A stretch of DNA of 64,000 nucleotides from a bacterium (GTDB taxonomy: Bacteria > Fidelibacterota > UBA2242), in NCBI GenBank assembly GCA_018824205.1, contig JAHJGX010000253.1:126-64125 (forward strand), read 5' to 3'. The notes beneath the pieces were generated by a model. That model searched no databases. It was not told where the DNA came from and worked only from the letters and a program-made list of their open reading frames with translations. Below, piece by piece: positions 8,676 to 19,729 of this stretch. The position numbers were made by a program, and so were the translations under genes. How positions within the stretch are numbered: position 1 is the stretch's first letter; the number at the start of each line of letters is the position of its first letter.

Positions 8676-9497
8676 TTATTCGGATTCAGTCTCGTGTGGA
8701 TTCGGACTGTCCAGTTTCTTCGGGTCTTTCAGACGTGAAATAAGTCCCTGGTTCAGGACGCCCGCCTGGGCGCCGTCTACAATGCGATGATCAAAGGTGC
8801 CGGTCAGCGGCAGCATCTTGCGGATTTTAATTTCCCCGTTAATAACCACCGGTTTATCCTCGATCTTACCCATCGTAATTACCGCTGGAATCTTCCCAAT
8901 CGGAAAGAGCGCCACCATTCCATATGACAGACCGAAAGAGCCTATATTCGTGACCATAATACTGCCGAAGGGATCGGCCGGTATTTTCAGGAACGGAAAA
9001 GCAAATCCCAGATCGAAAATCCAGAACTTGATCAGGACAAACAGCATTCTCCGAAAAGGCCAGGGAATTTTCGACAGAATTCCCTTTGAAGCGAAAGCCC
9101 CGGATTCTTCACCACTGCGTTTCTGTTCGGCTTTTTTCCGGATAATCTCCGAGATTTCTCCCACGCCCAAATCTTGTGCATTGCGCACGATCAAACCGGT
9201 CATATCCTTGCCCTTGATGGAAACCGTGACAAATACATCGGCGTTGTCACGAAAGACCACATGTCCCCGGCGGACAAAACAGTTGACGTCGGGTGCATCT
9301 TCATAAAGAGTTCTGGCGACAGCCGCTGTAACAAAGTGGGTAATCGTCAGTCGGCGCCCTTTTTTACGTTCCTTTTCGATATAGTCCACAATATCCGTCA
9401 CGTCGGCGTCAAAGATACCGTAGATCCGGCTGTCCACCGGTTGTTTATACACGGCAATTGCGAGTTTCCGCCAGGCTGTTGTATATCGCTCTTCCAA
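8676..9497 (-). CDS. 2-oxoacid dehydrogenase E2 acyltransferase catalytic domain (stand-alone)
   Basis: VTNIGSFG and TFDHRIVDG motifs; no lipoyl domain. Confidence 0.85.
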   Translation of the reverse strand: MEERYTTAWRKLAIAVYKQPVDSRIYGIFDADVTDIVDYIEKERKKGRRLTITHFVTAAVARTLYEDAPDVNCFVRRGHVVFRDNADVFVTVSIKGKDMTGLIVRNAQDLGVGEISEIIRKKAEQKRSGEESGAFASKGILSKIPWPFRRMLFVLIKFWIFDLGFAFPFLKIPADPFGSIMVTNIGSFGLSYGMVALFPIGKIPAVITMGKIEDKPVVINGEIKIRKMLPLTGTFDHRIVDGAQAGVLNQGLISRLKDPKKLDSPNPHETESE

Positions 9498-9658
9498 AAT
9501 AGTCTCCTTGTAGTTTGTAAAATCCCTCGGAATCTAATTTAGCTAAATCCCGGTAAAAGTCGACATATTTTTAAATTCCCGGGTGGGTCATTACTTTTTC
9601 ATGGATATCGAAAGATCCGTTGCCTATTTTACCAGAGAATATTTTACAGGAGAATCCC

Positions 9659-10552
9659 ATGTTTCGAAAGTCCCTTTTTATCATCACGATAATCGTTGTC
9701 TCCCAACTCGGTCACGGTAAAGATCTGCCATCGTCGAAAAAGATATTTGAAATGTCAAATGTGGAAATCGACCAACTGCTGACTGAAACCAGTCAAAAAC
9801 AGATGACGATTACCGGGCGAATTAATTATTTCTCGGAAATGTTTCTGGATATGCCCTATGATCTGACCTGCACCGGCGACGGCCCTTACGCCCTTTATGA
9901 AACCCGTCCGCTGGTAAACTTTGACGAAACCAACTGTATGGTATTTTGCGAGCATGTTCTGGCCCTGTCTATCTCCGACAGCTGGGACAATTTTTTCAAT
10001 AACCTGCAGCAGCTTCGCTATAAAAATGGCATGATCGGCATGCGCAGCCGGAACCACTACACCATGGCGGACTGGCTGCCGGAAAACAGTTGGCTATTAG
10101 ACGATATTTCCCGGAAAGTGGGCGGCCAATACACGAAAACCACCACCCGCACAATTTCGCACAAAACATTTTTCCAGAAAAAGGGTATCAGCGATATGCG
10201 CTATGTCGGGCCCGATCGGGAAATGACCATTGACTATGTACCAAAAGAGGATTTACCGAAAGTCAAAAAGAACGTCAGGCCCGGCGATATTCTGGCGCTT
10301 ATCTTTGCCGACAAAACCGATATCTTTTCCGCCCACATGCTGATGATCGCCGAAAAGAACGGGAAATTATACATTCGCGAGTCATCCAGCAGTAAGATGA
10401 CAACCTTTGACACGCCCTACGATGAATGGGTCGAAAGTAAAAAAGACGCTGATCGTTATGTCGGGTTGTGTTTTATGCGGGTACGTGACGATCTGAACCT
10501 GCCCGGAAAAATCATCCTGCCCTGGAAAATTCCGCAACTGAAAAACCGGTAA
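9659..10552 (+). CDS. DUF1460 family N-acetylmuramoyl-L-alanine amidase-like protein
   Basis: NCMVFCEHVLAL, RNHYTMADW, FSAH; signal peptide; AGGAG RBS before ATG 9659. Confidence 0.8.
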   Translation: MFRKSLFIITIIVVSQLGHGKDLPSSKKIFEMSNVEIDQLLTETSQKQMTITGRINYFSEMFLDMPYDLTCTGDGPYALYETRPLVNFDETNCMVFCEHVLALSISDSWDNFFNNLQQLRYKNGMIGMRSRNHYTMADWLPENSWLLDDISRKVGGQYTKTTTRTISHKTFFQKKGISDMRYVGPDREMTIDYVPKEDLPKVKKNVRPGDILALIFADKTDIFSAHMLMIAEKNGKLYIRESSSSKMTTFDTPYDEWVESKKDADRYVGLCFMRVRDDLNLPGKIILPWKIPQLKNR

Positions 10553-10586
10553 ACGAAACACTATTCGTTAAGCTCCGTACTAAACC

Positions 10587-10683
10587 GGAGTATTGGAGTG
10601 ATGGAGTACTGATACATCTGTTCACAGCTTTGTTCCTGATGTAAATACAATATTCCACTACTCCAGAATTCCATTTCTCCAAT
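10587..10683. repeat. Inverted arrays of 8-nt repeats (GGAGTRNT)n ... (NNTACTCC-like)n
   Basis: ggagtatt ggagtgat ggagtact ... aatattcc actactcc agaattcc atttctcc between convergent genes. Confidence 0.7.
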
Positions 10684-10687
10684 TCTG

Positions 10688-13111
10688 TTAGAACTTATAC
10701 CCGGCATTAAAGTAAAGCACCGTCTGTTTCTCGCCGGGCTGATAAGCGCTTTTTTCACCACGGCTGAGAATCAGTTCAACGGGACCCAATGGGCTTATGT
10801 ATTTTAGACCAACGCCATAGCCCATCATTGGGGCCGGTTTTAAACCAGGCTCCATGACATCGTTTTCATAGTCGATAACGATGTTACCGATCAGTGAAAA
10901 ATACAGATTTTTCCGTAATTCATAACGATAATCCAGCCGGGCTGCAGACAGCGTTGTCGCCAGTAACTGATTGTATCCCACGCCGATGCAGCTTTCAGGT
11001 CCGCCTTTTAAAATAAATTTATTCGTCAGGCTGTCCATATCCACAGAGCCGTAAAAACCATAGGCATGAAACGTATGTTTTTTCCCTAATGTCTTGTAAT
11101 AATCCATGGAAATATCCATACGAATATAACTACTGTTGTCGTACATATCCTGCAGACTTTTTTCATAATTTGCGTGCACCAGCATTCCGCTTCGCGGTAC
11201 AAACGTGTCGTCCAGCCGATCGATATTCGTGGAGATTTTCATTTTCCACAACTCATCTTTCCAGCTGGGAAATTTAAGGGGATCATTCCCCGCGACGATC
11301 GGGCGCATGTTCGCCCATTCATAATTCCAGGCGGCTTCCACATTCCAGTAATTTTTATACAGCATCCCCAAACCGAGACCGGCCTGGGCAGAGCGGTTTT
11401 TATAGGACGCTGATTTATTCCCGTCCTTATCATAAATGAATATCTCTATGTTTTCATAATCAATGTTTGCAAACGGGTACAGTGGAAAATTCATTGCCCG
11501 GGACGGGTAATAGGCATGAGAACTAATTTTCTCTTTGCCAATAAACTGGAATTCATTTTCAATCCTGAGTCCCGGTATCGGTTTATTCATAATTAAAAGA
11601 TTCATTGCAACGACGAGCTGGTAATAATTATCATAACGTAATCCGAGCCGGATTTTTAAATCCGGACTTTCCTTGACGTACAGGTTGAAACGCATACTAT
11701 TGGCGCCAACAGGCTCAACTTCATAGTAGATATTTTCAAAATAGCCCAAACTGTAGAGATAGGTAATCCGGTCTTCAATTTTAGAATGGATAAATATCTC
11801 TCCGGGTTTGACGCCCAGCAGCCGATAGATAAAATCAAAGGGCAGGGTCTCGTTCCCAAAAATATTAATCCCGTAAATAATGGGCCGTTTTTTCTCTTCC
11901 AGCATAATTTTCAGGTGAACTCTATTTTTACCCAAATCCTCAGACGTATAGCGCACCCAGTAAAAGTCGCCAGTGGTTTTTAGTTGCTCCATATAGATAT
12001 CCATAGAATCCGCAGAAAACTGGTCGCCCTCTTTAATTTTAACAATTTCCCGAATGGCAGTTTCGGGAATTGTGTGATTTCCGCTGAAACTAATTTCGGC
12101 GATTTGTACAATTGTGTCGGGCAATTCGCATTGCCGGTAAAAACGGTTGCTGCGGAGTTGATACTTTTCCTTGAGTTCAATGATCTGCGGTTCGGTTTCT
12201 TTGGCTGCTTTTTCACCGGCAGCGATAATCTGAACGACTTTATTGTTCACAAAATCAGCAGGCCCAAGTCCGTATAATTTTATGTCTACCAGGATATCGG
12301 CGTCACCGACATTGGCATTCAATGTTTTATCACGCAAAATATTGAAGGATTGTGATAATACATCGATCACACTGCGGATTTCCTGGCGCTCTTTATTCGG
12401 GTTGCCAACGGTGGAAGCAATCACGATGTCCGCACCCATCTCCCGGACAACATCCACCGGCAAATTATTCAGCAATCCGCCATCTACGAGTAGTGAATCC
12501 CCCCATTCCACGGGACTGAAAATACTCGGTACTGCCATGGTAGAGCGCATAGCTTTGGCCAACGAACCGCTTTTCAGGACCACTTCATTGCCGGTAATCA
12601 AATCCACTGCCATGCAACGGAACGGTATCTGCAAACTGTCAAAATCCGATACATCCGCATAGTCGAATACCAGTCTTGAAAAGAGCAGCATAATATTTTG
12701 CCCCACAATCGCACCGCCGGGACCAAGTGGCAGGAAATCTTTAATACCGAGCTCAAACTGGTATTTTTCCGCGTCTTGCTTTTGAAAATAGGGCAGCTTC
12801 CCGCGGGACGGTTGGTCGGTAAAGGTTTTTTGCCAATCCACTGTCCGGACGATCTGCTCGATCTCTTTGCCGGTATAGCCCACGGCATACAGGGCGCCGG
12901 CGATGCCGCCCATACTTGTACCGGCAATATAATCTATTGGAATCTGTAGTGAGTCCAGCACTTTCAAGGTACCGATGTGGGCAAATCCCATGGCCCCGCC
13001 GCCGGATAGAACCAGCCCGATTTTGGGGCGCTCGGCAGCATTAATCGGACTCAATACCAGGATACATAATCCAATCACCAAATAATGACGAAATGCTTTT
13101 AACTTTTGCAT
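10688..13111 (-). CDS. Patatin-like phospholipase with POTRA domains and Omp85-type barrel (PlpD/type Vd-like)
   Basis: GGGAMG, GTSMG, DGG patatin motifs; POTRA-like repeats; C-terminal GPVEL...YFNAGYKF. Confidence 0.9.
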   Translation of the reverse strand: MQKLKAFRHYLVIGLCILVLSPINAAERPKIGLVLSGGGAMGFAHIGTLKVLDSLQIPIDYIAGTSMGGIAGALYAVGYTGKEIEQIVRTVDWQKTFTDQPSRGKLPYFQKQDAEKYQFELGIKDFLPLGPGGAIVGQNIMLLFSRLVFDYADVSDFDSLQIPFRCMAVDLITGNEVVLKSGSLAKAMRSTMAVPSIFSPVEWGDSLLVDGGLLNNLPVDVVREMGADIVIASTVGNPNKERQEIRSVIDVLSQSFNILRDKTLNANVGDADILVDIKLYGLGPADFVNNKVVQIIAAGEKAAKETEPQIIELKEKYQLRSNRFYRQCELPDTIVQIAEISFSGNHTIPETAIREIVKIKEGDQFSADSMDIYMEQLKTTGDFYWVRYTSEDLGKNRVHLKIMLEEKKRPIIYGINIFGNETLPFDFIYRLLGVKPGEIFIHSKIEDRITYLYSLGYFENIYYEVEPVGANSMRFNLYVKESPDLKIRLGLRYDNYYQLVVAMNLLIMNKPIPGLRIENEFQFIGKEKISSHAYYPSRAMNFPLYPFANIDYENIEIFIYDKDGNKSASYKNRSAQAGLGLGMLYKNYWNVEAAWNYEWANMRPIVAGNDPLKFPSWKDELWKMKISTNIDRLDDTFVPRSGMLVHANYEKSLQDMYDNSSYIRMDISMDYYKTLGKKHTFHAYGFYGSVDMDSLTNKFILKGGPESCIGVGYNQLLATTLSAARLDYRYELRKNLYFSLIGNIVIDYENDVMEPGLKPAPMMGYGVGLKYISPLGPVELILSRGEKSAYQPGEKQTVLYFNAGYKF

Positions 13112-16100
13112 TATTTCCGCTCAAAAAATGTCAATACCGCCCGCATCACTTTATCGCGATCGGCCTTGTTCAGGATTGTTTCAAAAGGAAAACCGAATGC
13201 GACCACCCGGTGTTCTCCGGAATAAGCAACTGCGGCGCTGGTATTGTTTTCGCCGTATCTTAAGATCGTTATCGCCGTGGAATCCACCGGTTCAATAGCA
13301 TCGGGCGCCTCTGCCGCATAAATAAACGAATTCAATTCCGTATTAAACTGAAAAGATTCACCAAAAGCCATAAATGCTGGTTCCACCGAATATACCCCAC
13401 CGGTTTTCACGGCATAATTGGTCCGCCAGCAGTATTTCAAATTGTCCTTGACAAACTTAATGGATATTGAATCGTCCTGGACATAAATAAACGGATCGGT
13501 GGCAATGTAGGCGCCGGATATAAACAGATTCCCGCCGGACTGACAATACTCTGCCAGCTTCCGCTGCAATCCATGGGGATACACATCAAACTGTTTTGGT
13601 AAATAGGGCCTGGGTCCGTCAGTCAGTTTTTCCTCACCCATGATCAGATCAACTACTTTATACTTCGTGATGTCGAGATCGCCATCCATGACGGCTTCAT
13701 CGCTGACGGACACAAAACTGTAGCCGGCTGTAACTATCGATTTACCGTGGTTTATGACAAAATCATGGGTGTTCCCGGCCACTATTTTACATTCTGAATC
13801 CGCATAACTGGCGCCATGACCCGGCGAGTCATCATCCAGCCAGCGGGATTCGTCCAGAAAATCATACTGTTCGCCAATAAACCCGATATCATATCCATCC
13901 GGCACACCCTGGTCCCAGAAATTGGCAAACCCTAAATATTTCTCGGTTTCGATGGTGGCCGGCGGCGCAATTCGGTCAAAGCCATTGACAATTAATACCG
14001 GGTTTTTTAGACTGTCCATGTAACAAACCGAGAGAATCTCCGATGGAAAGCTTTCCCCGCCATCATTCAGAGCGGTGACTTTGTAACTGTAAATCACACC
14101 GGGTTTGATATATTTAAATGTAACAGCATTACTGTTGACCAGCCGTCCATTATCAAATCCGTTGTCCCCAATCCGGGTATATACGATATATTTATCGGCC
14201 TGCGCTGTCGGTTCCAACAGATCGGACGTCGGTCTCCATTTCAAGCGGACACTGTTTTTATCGACCAGTAACGCCTGGAAATGGTCCACCGGCAGCGGCT
14301 GTACAACATATTCCGTCTGGTATTCTGCGGCAATAAATCGCAAAAATGCTTTATAAATCGATCGACTCACGTCAAAACGAAACCGCGGATCATTGCCGAA
14401 TTTCATATCCAGAAAATTCTGGTGGGAGAGCAATTCCAGTAAGACGGCCGGAACATTGGGCCGCCAGACTTCGGAATAACCCCGGTCCCAAAGCGCCCGC
14501 CGGTTCCAGACCGGATCGTATTTGACTTTAATATCATCCACGATCTGTGTCTGTAAAATGTCTGCCAGGTCGCGGTTGGCCAAGCGGGATTGTCCATCAG
14601 GAAATTGATACGTCGTGTCGGCGCCGTCGGTATTGTAAATCGAAAGTGTTCCGATGACAATATCATTCCGGGTCTTGCCGGCATCAGTGTGAAACGCCAG
14701 CGACAGATCAACCGGAATTCCCAGCCCTTTGGTATCGGGATTTTTCGTCGGGCCAAAGGGTGCGCCTTTCAAATAATTCACCCATTCGCCCCGGCACTGA
14801 TAGTCATCGTTATAATCGATGGAATCGCCGTTCAGATTATAGACCAGTGTATCCGGCATACCGGCGTATTGCAGGTAATACCGGGCAGCTTCGGCATAAC
14901 GGGGCCGGCCGCTGATTTGACCGTTGCGGGAAATATTACCCATCCCTCCACCGAAACGGACCGCGTCTACTGTGATTATTCCGTCGGGGTTTTGACTCTT
15001 ATTGGAAACTATAACTTTCCCGGTTTCCGGATTTTTACCGGCCTTAAACTTAAATGTCCCGAGATGAATCCAGGTACCGCTGCCGATCTTTTGATTGACC
15101 AGAAATTCAGTTTTACCACCGGTATGAAAAACCGTATACCTGACATCGTCAATACTGTTTGCCAACGATTTGTAGGCAATCGTAACCGCATAATTTCCCG
15201 TTTCCGGAATATCGGGAACGAATTCAACGGCAGCGGTTTCAATTGTATCCGCCCTAAAATATCGATATGTGCCTTGTAGAAACGGGTTCTGTCCCGATTC
15301 ATAGGGCGGTGTACCGATTGCAAATCCACTGGAATCCGCGCCTGAATAAAAAACGATACTGCTGTCCTGAAGATTCTCAATATAATCACACCCGACTCTG
15401 CTGGAGTCATTATCCACAATTATTTCTTTAGTCTGAAAATCACGTTCCCGGGGAACAAACACATTTGCTCCGGCATTTTCCAGCATGGGAATCAGATAGG
15501 GAACTGTAAAGGACATGGGAAACAGATCTTCCACGATCTGAAATACCCGCGCCCGTTGCCATTCCCAGCGGTTGAGTTTGTTTTCATAATACCAGCCGTG
15601 ACTGTGCCAGAGAGCAATATTCCGCTGATACAGCCCGGCGGTTGGCCGCCAGGGGTTGCTGATATTGCGGACGATCGGCGCTGTCTTCTCTGTTTTTTGC
15701 ACCATTCGGGTTTGATCCATTTTGGCAATATCTGACCGATAGTAGTTGGGAACCAGTTCCTCCACCGGAAACTTCTTCGAATAAATCTGCAAATCATAAT
15801 TCCGGTAACGCCGCCCCAGTTCCTTCCGCAAAGCATCATAGACCTGCCGGGCATTTTCTTCCCGATAAGGAACCTGCCCCAGAATCCAGTTATAGTAGAC
15901 ATCGATCTCTTTTTCCTGTTTATTTACCAAAACACTGTCCACCCGCAATCTGTGGGACACGCTGACCGGCACACCTTTGCGGACACAATTCCGGGCAAAC
16001 TTTTCGGCTTTTTTATGAATTGATTTTGTCGCATGATCCATTTTTTGGTAATCATAACTGGGTTTCTGAACCGACATCGTTGCACAACCAGCCAAATACA

Positions 16101-16167
16101 GACAAGCGAATACAAACATGGTTATTTTTATCACATTTTGATTACTCTTTCTCACAAAATTCTCCAA
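13111..16167 (-). CDS. Lipoprotein with amidase-like, golvesin/xanthan-lyase-like and FN3 domains
   Basis: LAGC lipobox; SHG...WEWQR, VDAVRFGGG, AFHTDAG, LLELLSH, FN3 YSYKVTALNDGGES. Confidence 0.8.
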   Translation of the reverse strand: MENFVRKSNQNVIKITMFVFACLYLAGCATMSVQKPSYDYQKMDHATKSIHKKAEKFARNCVRKGVPVSVSHRLRVDSVLVNKQEKEIDVYYNWILGQVPYREENARQVYDALRKELGRRYRNYDLQIYSKKFPVEELVPNYYRSDIAKMDQTRMVQKTEKTAPIVRNISNPWRPTAGLYQRNIALWHSHGWYYENKLNRWEWQRARVFQIVEDLFPMSFTVPYLIPMLENAGANVFVPRERDFQTKEIIVDNDSSRVGCDYIENLQDSSIVFYSGADSSGFAIGTPPYESGQNPFLQGTYRYFRADTIETAAVEFVPDIPETGNYAVTIAYKSLANSIDDVRYTVFHTGGKTEFLVNQKIGSGTWIHLGTFKFKAGKNPETGKVIVSNKSQNPDGIITVDAVRFGGGMGNISRNGQISGRPRYAEAARYYLQYAGMPDTLVYNLNGDSIDYNDDYQCRGEWVNYLKGAPFGPTKNPDTKGLGIPVDLSLAFHTDAGKTRNDIVIGTLSIYNTDGADTTYQFPDGQSRLANRDLADILQTQIVDDIKVKYDPVWNRRALWDRGYSEVWRPNVPAVLLELLSHQNFLDMKFGNDPRFRFDVSRSIYKAFLRFIAAEYQTEYVVQPLPVDHFQALLVDKNSVRLKWRPTSDLLEPTAQADKYIVYTRIGDNGFDNGRLVNSNAVTFKYIKPGVIYSYKVTALNDGGESFPSEILSVCYMDSLKNPVLIVNGFDRIAPPATIETEKYLGFANFWDQGVPDGYDIGFIGEQYDFLDESRWLDDDSPGHGASYADSECKIVAGNTHDFVINHGKSIVTAGYSFVSVSDEAVMDGDLDITKYKVVDLIMGEEKLTDGPRPYLPKQFDVYPHGLQRKLAEYCQSGGNLFISGAYIATDPFIYVQDDSISIKFVKDNLKYCWRTNYAVKTGGVYSVEPAFMAFGESFQFNTELNSFIYAAEAPDAIEPVDSTAITILRYGENNTSAAVAYSGEHRVVAFGFPFETILNKADRDKVMRAVLTFFERK

Positions 16168-16237
16168 AACAAAAATAACGACAATAACTAATCACCTAAA
16201 GTTAAGATGAATTGGATTCAGGATAAAGGATAAATAC
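16078..16237. repeat. 5' end and upstream region of the lipoprotein gene, copy 1 (functional)
   Basis: Aligns with 19712-19873. Confidence 0.9.
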
Positions 16238-16462
16238 CACGTTGGCTATATTGAAATTAAACACTTAAGGCAGTCAATCAGCCGAATCTATATTTCATCA
16301 ATGACTTATCGGATATGTCGTTCAAGATATAGAATAAAAATTTTGATAAAATGAAATATCTATAGTTAGATACCAGAAAAGTTACTAATTAGCGCGTTTT
16401 TTATTCAGTTGGATACACATTTTAGAAAACAATTTTACTGAACATATTTTTTCGCCGACCTA

Positions 16463-16491
16463 TTGACAATCATAATACAAATCGCTACAAT
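16463..16491 (+). promoter_or_regulatory. Sigma70-like promoter
   Basis: TTGACA-17nt-TACAAT. Confidence 0.6.
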
Positions 16492-16514
16492 GATATTCAG
16501 AGTAAAAGAAGATT

Positions 16515-17210
16515 GTGAATATGTGCTGCAGGGAAACATTAATAACCAGTTTTTTCAGAGAAGCACTTATCTGTGATTTAGTACGATCCTGTCGATCAAA
16601 ACTCTGTTGTCTTTTCATATTGATAATTCTGCGTCAAATTAACGGTCAGACCTTCAATATACAGGGAAACGTCTCCAGTTCATTGTTGCCGGTCAGGTTT
16701 GCGGCGGTGACTTTTATTAATCAGAATGATACAAGGCAAAGATTCTCTACAGTTACTGATTCACTGGGCAATTACCGGTTGAGCGTCACGACTGCCATTG
16801 ATCACCTTGATTTTATCCTTCCATCTACTGTTGAATTAGCCCAAAACTATCCCAATCCGTTTTCAGGGACAACATTAATATCCTATCAACTCAATAAGTC
16901 AGCGGAAGTGAGTATTAAGATTTATAATCTACTTGGGCGGGAAGTGAGAGAATTGAAAGCCACACCCCATATAGCCGGTGCGTATGGTTTATTATGGGAT
17001 GGCAGAGACGGTCACGGCAAGCGGGTTGCTCCGGGAGTCTATTTCTGTCAATTGCATACTGGTAATGAAATCAAAGTAAAGAAAATGCTTTATGGCATAG
17101 GCGGGACGGATATCAAAGCTGTTACGGTGGTACCTTTGCCGATCACTAGAATGAAAGGAGGTTCAATCTATGAAGCGACGATTCTTTATAGTTATCATTT
17201 TTACAGTTGA
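16515..17210 (+). pseudogene. Secreted protein with internal FlgD-Ig/T9SS-CTD-like domain, apparently 3'-truncated
   Basis: LAQNYPNPF...KIYNLLGREV...WDGRD...GVYF, then runs into the next gene with no payload domain. Confidence 0.55.
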
Positions 17211-18504
17211 AATTTTGCTTTACAATCTCTCATACTCACAATGGTCGTATCTCGGATTAGGAGGAAAAACAATAGAGGTGTTACGTGCTCACAATGGCTT
17301 CCTGTACGCAGGTACTAGTAACGGTGTCTTTAGAAAGCGTATTGACTCCCCTGACACTACGTGGATTTCACTCGGCCTGGAATCCAAACACGCAAAAGCG
17401 CTTCTGATTCTTGACAATTCAACGTTCATCGCTAGTATTCTAATTACAGGGTTTGGTAATGATACAATATCTTTATTTAAATCTATCGATACCGGTGTGA
17501 ACTGGTTTCCATATCAGAATGGCTTTGGCAGCAGCGCTGATGGTTTTGACGAAAACAAACAAGTATTGTCTCTCGATATGTTGCAATCCCAGCCCGAAAT
17601 CATGTTTGCCGTTGGAGGAGCGGTGGCAAAGTCCACCGACGGTGGTATAAATTGGCGTAGAGTGTGTGGTGACCACTGGAATGTTTTGAGATTTACTTTC
17701 ATCAAAATCGACGCAAATAGACCAAATGTGATATGAGCAGGTGGTGAAACTTTTTTCTTTGCACCGTTCCTTCTGAAATCTACTATATTTGGTGAATCTT
17801 GGCAACATGTTGCTAACATCTCATGGGACGATGCGTGCCTTTCAATAGCACTCCATTCCTCTGATTCCAATATCGCGTATGTAGGAATGCTAATGGGAGC
17901 TGTCCTTAAAACAGATGATGGAGGGGATAATTGGTTTCCCGTTCTTGCCCCTTCTGAACCGCCTGCTTTTGTAGGTCTCGCCTTGAGCAGAGATACAATT
18001 CTGTACGCGTCCGGTTCTACTGGAGAGCCTAAAAGACTATTATTTTACAGATCATCCAATGAGGGGTTATCATGGGATACTATTGCACATACTAACAAAC
18101 TAACAAATGGTGTAAATGAACTTTTGGTATTACAAAATGAAGGTGTTGACAATATTTTCTTTGGCACCTGGGGTGATGGCGTTTTCAGCTATGCTAATGT
18201 TATTACTGCTGTGGATGATGCAACGGGCCGCACCGTGCCAAGCGCATTCTCACTGCGACAAAACTATCCGAACCCATTCAACTCTGAAACTATCATTCGA
18301 TTCAATGTTGCGCGGTCGTCGCATGTCAAGATAAATGTTTTTGATACGCTTGGCAGGAGAGTCCAGACAATTGTGGAGACTTATCTTACTCCTGGACAGT
18401 ATTCAATAAAGTTTGCTTCGCGTAGTCTGTCAACGGGAGTCTATTTTTATAGAATGAACGCTGATGGATTTGTTGACACGAAGAAATTTGTCTTGGTCCG
18501 ATAG
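17170..18504 (+). pseudogene. BNR/beta-propeller protein with T9SS CTD, interrupted by an in-frame TGA at 17734-17736
   Basis: ORFs 17170-17736 and 17887-18504 are in frame; read-through gives NVI*AGGETF...; SxDGGxxW repeats; C-terminal QNYPNPFN...KKFVLVR. Confidence 0.8.
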
Positions 18505-18859
18505 CATGGGCACTTCGGCTAACACACCGAACAAGGTCGCTCACTTTGTAAAAAAGGATCATTGTGGTCATTCAAGGCTTTTGCTCGAAAGGAAAATGAG
18601 TCATTCAAAACTCACAAAGCATTGCATCGTTTGGCGAGACGACAGGGTATACATGTGATTGGTCAACGAGAATAGATTTTTCTATACGGATTCGATCTCT
18701 GTCAATGGAAGACTCTGGATGATGAGGAAGGATGTCTCGGACAAACAACAATTGATTTTTGACTATTTTTGATTGAAAGGAGGTGATCGAGATATGAATG
18801 GAAAAGAATAACGAAAACTTACTGTATTGACAACCTTTCTTAAATAAGGAGAAAATAAC

Positions 18860-19729
18860 ATGAAGAAACTTAGACTTTTAAATCTCAGTGGGAGCATTGC
18901 AGGAACGTTCCTCATTCTGATGTGGATGCTTGGGGGCGGAACTGCTTTGACCCAAACTTTCAATGACCTTGATCGGGAGATATTGGTTTACATACAACCA
19001 TCAATATTGGAATTTCCAGCCGGTGAGAGAGACGCTGTGCTCGTAGAACGCCTTACAATTAAATCCTTACCACTTCACCAAGTATTCAGCCAATTTAATA
19101 TAGATAGACTCGTAAAAGCATTCACTGACTTCAGCGAAACCGACACTATTAGAACTTCCGAAGATGGAAGACTTGTGAGCGTTCCGAGATTCTCGAGAAT
19201 CTTCAGAATTCAAGTGTCCGATAAATCGAAAATAGACTCAGTCATTGCTGCTCTTTCAAGAGTGCCCGGAATATTGTTTGCAGAGAAGAACATGGACGCC
19301 AAGTTGTTTGCTGACCCAACATACACGAACCAGTGGCATTTGAATAACACTGGTCAAGGTGGCGGTACTTCTGGTGTAGATATCAATGCAGTTCCAGGGT
19401 GGGATGTCACAACGGGCAGTTCCAGTATCATTGTTGCGGTAGTTGACGGCGGCGTTGAATCTCATGAAGATTTTCATACCGTCCAGTTGATTCCAGGTTA
19501 TACAGCAAGAACTGGTGGAGACGGATCACCTGCTCCGGGTAATACTAACTGGGCCAGACACGGTCAGTGTGTTGCTGGTATCTCTGCTGCAGCTTTTAAT
19601 ACCTTTGGCGTACGCGGTGTAACTGACAATGTTAAAATTATGCCGATTCGCATAGGCGATGCTGGTGCATCGTTTAGTGATATCGCAGCTGCCATAGATA
19701 CGGCATGGACTCGTGGCGCACCCGACTAA
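18860..19729 (+). pseudogene. S8 subtilisin-like serine protease, truncated
   Basis: VAVVDGG (Asp) and HGQCVAG (His) present; GTS catalytic Ser region missing; cut at the repeat starting near 19712. Confidence 0.85.

Noticed and set aside
17734-17736. Selenocysteine or genome-wide TGA recoding
   Set aside because: Context expects Trp, not Cys; many host genes end in TGA (e.g. 35790, 38575, 39340), and Trp is TGG elsewhere in the same gene.
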